NCBI GenBank assembly: GCA_046597165.1
Contig: JBKJLD010000060.1
Coordinates: 1,167-65,166, forward strand
DNA length: 64,000 bases
Reading direction: 5' to 3'
Source of the DNA: Nocardioides sp.
Lineage (GTDB): Bacteria > Actinomycetota > Actinomycetes > Propionibacteriales > Nocardioidaceae
Shown here piece by piece: positions 56,550 through 64,000 of the stretch; positions within the stretch are counted from its first letter, which is position 1, and each line of letters begins with the position of its first letter. The translations under genes were made by a program, and so were the position numbers. Under the pieces are notes generated by a model, which made no database searches, was not told the origin of the DNA, and was given only the letters and a program-made list of their open reading frames with translations.

Positions 56550-57569
56550 GTGGCGAGACTCGGTGTCGGGCCTGCCCGCTTCCTGCGCGCCGCAGCACTC
56601 CTCCTGGGTCTGGTCGCGATCACGCTGCCGCTGCTCGCCGGGGTCTATCCCCACGGCGCGCGCAACGCTGAGGACTCGGGAGCGCTGAGCGGTGCCGGAC
56701 GAGCCGGCGACAGGTACACCGCGCCGCGACTGCCCGGACCGGGCTTCCCCGGGGTCCCGCCTGCGGCCACCAACCCGACCTTCTTCACCCTGAGCAGCTT
56801 CAACGTCCTCGGCGCCGGCCACACCGCGCCCGGCGGCAACCGCAGGGGCTGGGCGACCGGTGAGACCCGGATGCACTGGGCCGTCGACATTCTGCGCAGC
56901 CACGACGTCGACGTGGTGGGCTTCCAGGAGTTCCAACGCCCGCAGTGGTCGACGTTCAAGGAGATCACCGGCACCGACTTCGGGATCTTCCCCGGTGACC
57001 GGTTCGCCGACGCCGCTATGCAGAACTCCCTGGCCTGGCGCCGCGACACGTGGCGACTGGTCAGCGCGGACACGATCCCGATCCCCTACTTCAATGGTGA
57101 CAAGATCCGGATGCCGTTCGTCCTGCTGCGCAATCTCGAGACCGGCCAGCAGGTCTACTTCGCGAACTTCCACAACCCGGCCAACGCCCGCGGCAACGCC
57201 CAGAAGTGGCGTGACCAGGCCACCGACCTGGAGATCGGCCTGGTCAACAGGCTCAAGGCCGAGTCCGGGTTGCCGGTGGTCGTGACCGGTGACATGAATG
57301 AGCGCGACGTGTACTTCTGCCGGATGACCGGCGGGGCTCCGATGATCGCCGCCAACGGTGGCAGCCACGACGCCAGCGGCTGCCGACCGCCGCCGAAGAT
57401 GGTCGTCGACTGGATGTTCGGCTCCAGCGAGTTCTTCTTCCTCAGCTACGTCGCCGACCGCAGCCCGCTGGTGCGACGGACCACCGACCACTCCGTGGTC
57501 GTCTCCGAGGCCATGCTGCCGCCGCTGATCGCGGTCAACGGGTGCTCTCTCAGCCCGATCCCCTGCTGA
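56550..57569 (+). CDS. Exported EEP protein 2 (paralogue of 46448-47527)
   Basis: GGAGG RBS, N-terminal hydrophobic segment; SFNVLG, GFQE, NFHNPA, TGDMN, VDWMFG and TTDH. Confidence 0.85.
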   Translation: MARLGVGPARFLRAAALLLGLVAITLPLLAGVYPHGARNAEDSGALSGAGRAGDRYTAPRLPGPGFPGVPPAATNPTFFTLSSFNVLGAGHTAPGGNRRGWATGETRMHWAVDILRSHDVDVVGFQEFQRPQWSTFKEITGTDFGIFPGDRFADAAMQNSLAWRRDTWRLVSADTIPIPYFNGDKIRMPFVLLRNLETGQQVYFANFHNPANARGNAQKWRDQATDLEIGLVNRLKAESGLPVVVTGDMNERDVYFCRMTGGAPMIAANGGSHDASGCRPPPKMVVDWMFGSSEFFFLSYVADRSPLVRRTTDHSVVVSEAMLPPLIAVNGCSLSPIPC

Positions 57570-57575
57570 GCGGGC

Positions 57576-58073
57576 TCAGTCGCTGGCTCCGACGCTCACC
57601 TGCGAGACCGTGTAGCCGATCTCCTCGTCCATCGTGAGTGCGTCCGGGTCGACGAACACCGAGTCGGGGTAGTCCTGCCCGCTGGGCCACGTCACCTCGA
57701 CCTTTGCCGCCGAGGTGTCGTTGGCGGCCGCGATCACGTCGTTGAGGGTGACCCGCCAGAGGCCTGGAGCCCGGTCGCCACCGTGGTGCCCCGGGCCGCT
57801 CTTCGCGTAGAGGGCGTCGACTACCCGGCCGTCGGCGACCGTGATCCGGATCGGGGTCCCGGTGTCGGCGCAGAAGCAGGCGATGCGAAGCGTGTAGGTG
57901 TAGTCGAGGGGAGCGTACGTCGGGTAGGTGCCGACGGTCGGCGAGGCCGTAGGCTGGCTCGTGGGTGGCGCGGTGGTGGGGCCGGGGTCCCGGGCGACGC
58001 CGGAGCCGCCCGAGAGGGGTCCGCAGGCGGTGAGCACGGTGGCGGTGGCTGCGGCGAGGAGGAGTGTTCTCAT
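57576..58073 (-). CDS. Lipoprotein (DUF6174-like)
   Basis: Lipobox LTAC; YTYTLRIACFC and DEE motifs. Confidence 0.75.
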   Translation of the reverse strand: MRTLLLAAATATVLTACGPLSGGSGVARDPGPTTAPPTSQPTASPTVGTYPTYAPLDYTYTLRIACFCADTGTPIRITVADGRVVDALYAKSGPGHHGGDRAPGLWRVTLNDVIAAANDTSAAKVEVTWPSGQDYPDSVFVDPDALTMDEEIGYTVSQVSVGASD

Positions 58074-58203
58074 GAGGCTTCGACGTGCCGCACGTTTCCG
58101 TCGTTCCTTTCCGCGCCGCCAGGGGATACCTGTCGACTAGTCAGGGTGAAGGTGTCAGGGTGTGAGCAGGCCTTTCCTGGCTCGCCCACACCCTGGAGGA
58201 ACC

Positions 58204-58380
58204 ATGCCCAACCCGAATGACGACCTCAAGGCGAAGATGCGCGAGGCCCTCGACCGCAAGCAGGGCAAGGAGCCGGGTGTCGCGCAGGACGGCCCGGTCA
58301 AGGAGAAGGCGCACGGCCCGGAGGTCATCGGGGGCGCCCCCAAGCTGCACCGCCGCAAGGCCGGTGGCGGCGGCTCCTGA
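58204..58380 (+). CDS. DUF5302-like small protein
   Basis: GGAGGA RBS; KAKMREALDRK..HRRKAG. Confidence 0.8.
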   Translation: MPNPNDDLKAKMREALDRKQGKEPGVAQDGPVKEKAHGPEVIGGAPKLHRRKAGGGGS

Positions 58381-58511
58381 CCGAGCGCCCGGTCGCGCGT
58401 GAGAAAACCCACGCGAGACCGGGCCCCGCGGGCCCTCCTGATTGGGCAGGATGAGGCGATACCCCGGCGACCCGTCCAGGCGGGCGCCTTCGTCGATGCT
58501 GAGGAGTGCCC

Positions 58512-59051
58512 GTGCAGTTCGGTCGTAGCTACGAAGAGTTCGAGGTCGGGGCGACGTACAAGCACTGGCCAGGCAAGACGGTGACCGAGTACGACGACCA
58601 CCTGTTCTGCCTGCTGACCATGAACCACCACCCGTTGCACCTGGACGCCAACTACGCGGGCGAGACAACCCAGTTCGGCAAGAACGTTGTGGTCGGCAAC
58701 TACGTCTACTCGATCCTGCTGGGCATGTCCGTCGCCGACATCTCGGGCAAGGCGATCGCCAACCTGGAGGTCGAGTCACTTCGCCACGTTGCGCCGACCT
58801 TCCACGGCGACACGCTCTACGGCGAGACCACCGTGCTCGACAAGACCGAGAGCAAGAGCAAGGACGACCGGGGCGTCGTCTACGTCGAGACGATCGGCTA
58901 CAACCAGGACGGCCAGGTCGTGTGCATCTTCCGTCGCAAGGTGATGGTGCCCAAGAACAGCTACCTCGACGCGCGGGGCGGCGAGCAGCCCGGGCGGCCG
59001 GTGCCGCAGCCGGACAAGAACTGGTCCGGGCCGCAGACGGCCGCGGAGTAG
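58512..59051 (+). CDS. MaoC-family dehydratase (probable mesaconyl-CoA hydratase type)
   Basis: FGRSYEEFEVG..HWPGKTVTEYDDHLF..NHHPLH and PTFHGDTL; GAGGAG RBS. Confidence 0.88.
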   Translation: MQFGRSYEEFEVGATYKHWPGKTVTEYDDHLFCLLTMNHHPLHLDANYAGETTQFGKNVVVGNYVYSILLGMSVADISGKAIANLEVESLRHVAPTFHGDTLYGETTVLDKTESKSKDDRGVVYVETIGYNQDGQVVCIFRRKVMVPKNSYLDARGGEQPGRPVPQPDKNWSGPQTAAE

Positions 59052-59063
59052 CCGGAGAGGTTC

Positions 59064-59292
59064 CCGGTCAAGTTCGGACTCGGCACCATCGTGATGGGGC
59101 TGGCCTTTCTGCCGTTCCTGCTCGCCCCGAGTTGAGCCAACTCCCGCCATGGCCGGCAAATTGGCGGGCTACTACGACCCGAACGACGAGACGGCGTACT
59201 TCCTGGTGATCGGGATGGTCGCGATCGCCACCGGTGCGCTCCTGCTGGTCTTCACGAAGCCGATCCGACGGTTGATGGCAGGGATCCACTGA
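59064..59292 (+). pseudogene. Remnant of POT/DtpT oligopeptide:H+ symporter C-terminus
   Basis: PVKFGLGTIVMGLAFLPFLLAPS* then, in a different frame, MAGKLAGYYDPNDETAYFLVIGMVAIATGALLLVFTKPIRRLMAGIH*. Confidence 0.7.
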
Positions 59293-60430
59293 CCGGGGGG
59301 ACGAAGGCCTTGGCGAGCGGGATGATCCCGAGAACGAGGACCATCGGGACCGCGAAGCCGAAGCGCAGCGAGCCCGATCCCACCAGCCCGGTGAGGACCG
59401 CTCCCAGCAGCGCCCCGACGTAGTTGAACTGGTTGAACCTGGCGATCACGGCGTCGACCCGTGCCTGCCGGAGCGCGGGGTCGACCTCGCTCCCGCCGGC
59501 GATGCGGGCGGCCGCCGAGAAGCTGAGCGGGGCGATCACCGCGACACCGGCACCGAGGACGGTGAAGCCGAGCACGGCGACGGGCCAGGTGGGGGCGAAG
59601 ACCACCACGGCCAGCGAGGCACTCGCAACCAGGGCGCCGACCCGCAGCACGCGCACCGCGCCGTACCGGGCGACCATCCGGTCCCCGCCGAGGCGGAAGA
59701 TGCCGCTGGCCAGCAGATAGGGGAAGGTCGCGAGGGCGACCAGACCGGACGGGGCGGCGAACGTGTGGTCGAGGTAGGTCGGGCCCCAGGTGGCCGCGGC
59801 CGTGTCGACCATGTAGAAGAGGACCATCCCCAGGCCGACGAGCATGATCGGGCGCCAGGGGACAGCGACCGTCAGGGCCTGCTCGGTGGCGCCGTGGTCG
59901 CGGCGGACGAAGGGTGCGAAGAGCACGACCAGGGGCACCACGGCGAGGGCAGCCGTTGCCGAGAGGGGCGCCCCCGCGGTCGCCAGGGTGATCGCGGCGC
60001 CGCCGACGCCGCCGAGGGTCCAGGCCCCGTGGAAGGACGGCAGGATCGGTCGCCCGTAGCGGTGCTCGAGGGCCACGGCCTGCATGTTGGTGCTGGCGTC
60101 GACGACGCCCAGCCCGATGCCGTAGGCCGCGAGCCCGCCCACGAAGACGGCGGCGGTCGGGGCGGTGGTGAGCACCGGCAGCGCCAGCGCGACGAGCCCG
60201 AGCCCGATTCGCAGCAGGGCCGCGCTGTCGCGCCGCTTGGCCAGGGTCTCGGCCACGACCGAGCCGAGGCCGGCCAGCAGCACCATCATCAGCAGGAGCA
60301 GGGAGAGCTCGATCTCGGAGAGGTCCCAGCGATCCGAGAATGCGGGCAACCGGGTGGTGAGGCTGATGAAGACCAGCCCCTGGGTCCCGAACGCGGCGGC
60401 GATGGCTGCCCGGGTCCGGCTCGACGTCAT
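59252..60430 (-). CDS. MFS transporter
   Basis: About 12 TM helices; VDASTNMQAV..HGAWTLG and GDRMVARYG motifs. Confidence 0.88.
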   Translation of the reverse strand: MTSSRTRAAIAAAFGTQGLVFISLTTRLPAFSDRWDLSEIELSLLLLMMVLLAGLGSVVAETLAKRRDSAALLRIGLGLVALALPVLTTAPTAAVFVGGLAAYGIGLGVVDASTNMQAVALEHRYGRPILPSFHGAWTLGGVGGAAITLATAGAPLSATAALAVVPLVVLFAPFVRRDHGATEQALTVAVPWRPIMLVGLGMVLFYMVDTAAATWGPTYLDHTFAAPSGLVALATFPYLLASGIFRLGGDRMVARYGAVRVLRVGALVASASLAVVVFAPTWPVAVLGFTVLGAGVAVIAPLSFSAAARIAGGSEVDPALRQARVDAVIARFNQFNYVGALLGAVLTGLVGSGSLRFGFAVPMVLVLGIIPLAKAFVPPVSGSLPSTVGSAS

Positions 60431-60455
60431 GGCGTGATCGTGGCACGCCCCGACG

Positions 60456-60502
60456 GTTCGCGCCGACTGGCGGGGAAACTGGGGACTGTTCGCGCCGACT
60501 GG
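60456..60502. repeat. 15-bp perfect direct repeat, 2 copies
   Basis: GTTCGCGCCGACTGG at 60456-60470 and 60488-60502. Confidence 0.8.
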
Positions 60503-60641
60503 GTGGGGGTTGGGCAAACAGGTGACGGCGGGGCACGCGTGCGGGAGGATGCAGCGGATCGCCGCGGATGCCCGGGGCGCGGTGAACGGAGTGGGAATGG
60601 CGCGCACAGGCCAGCAGCTGCGGCAGCGGACCAAGAAGGCC

Positions 60642-62579
60642 ATGGCCGAGGGCGGCTCCACGTCCTCGTCACCCAAGGCCGCGACCCCCAGTCGGTCCGG
60701 ACGCGCGGACCCGCACGACCACCGACTCGGCGACCGGTTGCGTTACGGCTTCGACAACTCGATGGCGGGCGGCACGCCGGCCCTGATCGCCTGGCTCTCG
60801 GTCGTCACGCTGGTGCTGATCCTGGTCTTCTCGGTCTTCGTGACCATCTTTCGGCTGCGTACGTCGGGGGCGTCCGGCCGGGGCTTCCTCCCGGAGCTCT
60901 TCTACAGCCTCCTGCACGCCCTGGACCCCGGCTTCATCGGCGGCGACACCGGCAGCTGGCCGTTCCTGATCACGATGCTCGTGCTGACCATCGGCGGGCT
61001 CTTCATCGTCAGTGCGCTCATCGGCGTGATCGCCACCGGGATCGACGCCAAACTGGCCGACCTGCGTCGCGGCCGCTCGATGGTGCTCGAGCGGGACCAC
61101 ACCGTGATCCTGGGCTGGTCGGACTCCATCTTCACGATCGTCAGCGAGCTGACCATCGCCAACGAGAGTCGCCGCCGTCCCGTGGTCGTGATCCTTGCCG
61201 AGCGCGACAAGGTCGAGATGGAGGACGAGCTCAGGGCCAAGGTGCCCGACACGCGCGGCACCCGCGTGATCTGCCGCTCCGGCTCCCCGATGGACCTGGA
61301 TGACCTGGCTCTGAGCAGCCACGGGTCGGCGAGGTCCGTGATCCTGCTGGCCCCTGACTCCGAGGACCCCGACAGCGAGGTCATCAAGACCCTGCTCGCC
61401 CTGACCCACGGCGGCGGCGACGGTCCCCGGATCGTCGCGGAGATCCGCAACCCCACCAACTTGGAGGCGGCCCGCCTGGTGGGCGCCGACCGCACCGTCC
61501 TGCTCGACATCCGCGAGACGGTCGCCAAGCTCATTGTGCAGACCTCACGCCAGTCCGGTGCCGCCGCCGTCTACACCGAGCTCTTCGACTACGACGGCGA
61601 CGAGATCTACTTCATGGAGGAGCACCAGCTCGGCGGTTCGACGTACGGCGAGGCGCAGCTCGCCTTCGAGAACGCCTCGGTGATCGGCCTCATCACCGAC
61701 GGGGTCACCAAGCTCAACCCGCCCGCCGAAACACTCATCGACACCCAGACCGTGGTCGTGGTCGCCGAGGACGACTCTGCGCTGGAGGGCCAGACGACTG
61801 CCGCCGCCCGCCCGGACCTCGCCCTCCTCGGCACCGAGGAAGGTCGCGACGAGCACGCCACCCGGGCCATCCTGGTCGGCTGGAACGAACGCGCGCCGAT
61901 CATCCTGCGCGAGCTCGACCACTACGCGCCTCCCGGCTCATCGCTGGTCGTCCTCACGGCGTACGGCGCCCCGGACGTGCCGTCGCTGACCAACCTCGAC
62001 GTCAGCGTGGTATCCGGATCCACCACAGACCGGGCCACGCTGGAGACCCACGTGGGTGCGGGGCTCGACCAGGTGATCGTGCTCTGCTACTCCGACGACC
62101 TCGGGGTGCAGGCCGCCGACGCCCGCACCCTGGTGACACTGCTCCACGTGCGCGACATCCTCGCCGGCTTCGAGAACGCCACCGCAGTGGTGAGCGAGAT
62201 GCTCGACGACCGCAACCGGGTGCTGGCCCAGGTCGCGCATGTCGACGACGTCGTCGTCAGCGGCGAGATCGTCAGCCTGCTCGTCACCCAGCTTTCGGAG
62301 GATCGGCGCCTCGAGGCGGTCTTCTCGCAGCTGCTCGGAGACAAGGGGAGCGAGATCTACCTGCGTCCTGCCGAGTGGTATGTCCAGCCCGGTCGTGAGG
62401 TGAGCTACGCCACCGTGATCGCAGGCGCGTTGGCACGCGGCGAGACTGCTCTCGGCTACAAGTCCGACACACTTGGTGGAGACGGGCTCGCCGGATCGGG
62501 AGTCATCGTCAACCCGCCGAAGTCGCGCTCCTTCGATGTCCGTCCCGGTGACCGGGTCGTCGTGCTGGCGAACAATTGA
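60642..62579 (+). CDS. CASTOR/POLLUX-related putative cation channel (TM-pore-TM plus two RCK-like domains)
   Basis: LRYGFDN, LDPG pore segment, LRRGRSMVLERDHTVILGWS, VICRSGSP, ARSVILL and SEIYLRPA. Confidence 0.8.
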   Translation: MAEGGSTSSSPKAATPSRSGRADPHDHRLGDRLRYGFDNSMAGGTPALIAWLSVVTLVLILVFSVFVTIFRLRTSGASGRGFLPELFYSLLHALDPGFIGGDTGSWPFLITMLVLTIGGLFIVSALIGVIATGIDAKLADLRRGRSMVLERDHTVILGWSDSIFTIVSELTIANESRRRPVVVILAERDKVEMEDELRAKVPDTRGTRVICRSGSPMDLDDLALSSHGSARSVILLAPDSEDPDSEVIKTLLALTHGGGDGPRIVAEIRNPTNLEAARLVGADRTVLLDIRETVAKLIVQTSRQSGAAAVYTELFDYDGDEIYFMEEHQLGGSTYGEAQLAFENASVIGLITDGVTKLNPPAETLIDTQTVVVVAEDDSALEGQTTAAARPDLALLGTEEGRDEHATRAILVGWNERAPIILRELDHYAPPGSSLVVLTAYGAPDVPSLTNLDVSVVSGSTTDRATLETHVGAGLDQVIVLCYSDDLGVQAADARTLVTLLHVRDILAGFENATAVVSEMLDDRNRVLAQVAHVDDVVVSGEIVSLLVTQLSEDRRLEAVFSQLLGDKGSEIYLRPAEWYVQPGREVSYATVIAGALARGETALGYKSDTLGGDGLAGSGVIVNPPKSRSFDVRPGDRVVVLANN

Positions 62580-63832
62580 GGTAGTTGGTCGCGCCGGATC
62601 TTGCCCGTCGAGGTGAGCGGCAGCTCAGCGACCCGTAGGTAGTCCTTGGGCCGCTTCGGTGGCGCGAGGACGGTGCGAGCGTGCGCCCGCAGGGCGGACT
62701 CATCGGCTTGGCCCACCACGGCGGCGCACACCCGCTGGCCCCACTCCGCGTCAGGCATCGCGAAGACGGCGACGTCCTCCACACCGGCGACGGCTCGCAG
62801 GGCGTTCTCGACCTCCAGCGGATAGACGTTGACGCCACCGGTGATGACAAGGTCGTGGCGCCGACCATCGAGGAAGACATAGCCGTCTTCGTCGATCCGG
62901 CCGACATCGCCCACGGTGAAGGTCGGTCCCTGCCGGGTCTCGCGCCACGCGGCGGCGGTCTTCTCCGGGTCTCCGAGATAGGAGAAGCGCGCATGTTGTG
63001 GCACCGAGCACCACAACTGCCCATCCGGGTCGACACTCATCACCCGCCCAGGGCGTGCCCGACCGACACTCCCGGGCCGCTGCAGCCAGTCCTCGGAGCG
63101 GTACGCCGTGAACTGTCCTTCGGTGGAGCCGTAGAACTCCCAGGTCGACCCCTGGGGAAACGCCTCCAACACTCGGTGCTTGAGATCGGGGGGACACGGT
63201 GCGCCGGCGTGTGCCACGAGCCGGAAGCTCGACAGGTCGGGCAGACCGACCTCGTCCCAGTGCGTGAAGAGCCGCTGCAGGTGTGTGGGGACGCAGAACA
63301 TCGTCGTAGGTCGTTGGGTCCGGATCGCGTGGGTAACCCTCTCTGCATCGAAGCGCCCCGGCACGGTGATGCTGCCGCCAGCGAGCAAGGTGCCCATGGC
63401 GAAGCGCAATGGCGCGGAGTGGTGGAGGGGGCTCAGGACCAGGTTGAGGTCATCGGGACCAAAGCCCCACAGGCCGCGCTCCTCGCGCACGAGTGCCTCC
63501 GCCTGATCAGCTGGCAGGAGCCCGGAGAACACGCCCTTCGGGGTTCCTGTAGTGCCGCTGGTGGTGTGGATGGGCCGACCACGGGGTAGCGCACCGGGCG
63601 GAGGAGTCGACACGGAGGCCAGGAGAGCCTGCAGGTCGCTCTCCTCGGTGATCACGAGGTCGGGCTCGATGGGAGACAGGATCCGTTCTCGTTCCGCGGC
63701 GCTGAGCGCCGGGTCGAGGGGGACCGGGAAGATACCGGACGTCAGGAGGGCGAGCACGAGTTCGACGTACGCCTGCGAACCGGGGACAAGGAGCGCGACC
63801 CGTGATCCGAGGGTGAGCCGTTCAGGGTGCAT
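62456..63832 (-). CDS. AMP-binding acyl-CoA synthetase
   Basis: TSGTTGTPKGV, YGSTEG, TVGDVG, GGVNVYPLEVE and LPLTSTGK. Confidence 0.9.
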   Translation of the reverse strand: MHPERLTLGSRVALLVPGSQAYVELVLALLTSGIFPVPLDPALSAAERERILSPIEPDLVITEESDLQALLASVSTPPPGALPRGRPIHTTSGTTGTPKGVFSGLLPADQAEALVREERGLWGFGPDDLNLVLSPLHHSAPLRFAMGTLLAGGSITVPGRFDAERVTHAIRTQRPTTMFCVPTHLQRLFTHWDEVGLPDLSSFRLVAHAGAPCPPDLKHRVLEAFPQGSTWEFYGSTEGQFTAYRSEDWLQRPGSVGRARPGRVMSVDPDGQLWCSVPQHARFSYLGDPEKTAAAWRETRQGPTFTVGDVGRIDEDGYVFLDGRRHDLVITGGVNVYPLEVENALRAVAGVEDVAVFAMPDAEWGQRVCAAVVGQADESALRAHARTVLAPPKRPKDYLRVAELPLTSTGKIRRDQLPQLFASTTTRSPGRTSKERDFGGLTMTPDPASPSPPSVSDL

Positions 63833-63848
63833 CAGGCCATCCAAGCAA

Positions 63849-63874
63849 GCCCCGGCTGCCTCCGCAGCCGGGGC
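63849..63874 (-). terminator. Stem-loop after haloperoxidase-like gene
   Basis: GCCCCGGCTGC-CTCC-GCAGCCGGGGC, perfect 11-bp stem. Confidence 0.65.
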
Positions 63875-63887
63875 GTGGCTTTGAGGC

Positions 63888-64000
63888 TCAGTCGATAGTC
63901 GCCATCACCTGTCGAGCGGTCAGGTGCGCCAGGCGGTAGCCGTCGTCCATTGCATCCTTGAAATGCAGGCCACCCCAGATCCGCGCGTAGAACGCGTCGC
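63888..64000 (-). CDS. 3' end of vanadium haloperoxidase/PAP2-superfamily protein, truncated by window edge
   Basis: Reverse strand reads DAFYARIWGGLHFKDAMDDGYRLAHLTARQVMATID*, with an R-x5-H motif 3. Confidence 0.7.
   Translation of the reverse strand, partial: DAFYARIWGGLHFKDAMDDGYRLAHLTARQVMATID

Noticed and set aside
60456-60502. Possible mini-CRISPR
   Set aside because: Only two 15-bp copies with a 17-bp spacer, and no cas genes

Overview
High-GC actinobacterial chromosome segment, probably Nocardioides/Nocardioidaceae (inferred from gene content and order). About 60 CDS, with no rRNA, tRNA, CRISPR or transposase seen. Main blocks: (1) a galactofuranose cell-wall glycan locus (LCP ligase, two GlfT1-like GT2s, glf, GlfT2-like, Wzm/Wzt, FG-GAP amidase); (2) the conserved backbone manC-cofE/cofD-whiB-GT2/DUF5719-manB-SIS-CDF-ahcY-mtrAB-lpqB-comF-hpf-secA-Rv3235, with a ~300-nt raiA-motif structured ncRNA between comF and hpf and an acyltransferase where manA usually sits; (3) tatB-mrp-DUF1003-MgtE_N; (4) an ~11-kb accessory cluster of paired paralogues (2 membrane-anchored or exported EEP phosphodiesterases, 2 exported PLD-fold proteins, 2 sulfotransferase-like proteins, a LicD-methyltransferase fusion and a small coiled-coil protein), the best candidate for an undescribed system; (5) probable ethylmalonyl-CoA pathway genes, a decayed peptide-transporter remnant, an MFS transporter, a CASTOR/POLLUX-like channel, an acyl-CoA ligase and the 3' end of a haloperoxidase/PAP2-type gene. 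All family assignments come from motif recognition by eye, not from database searches.
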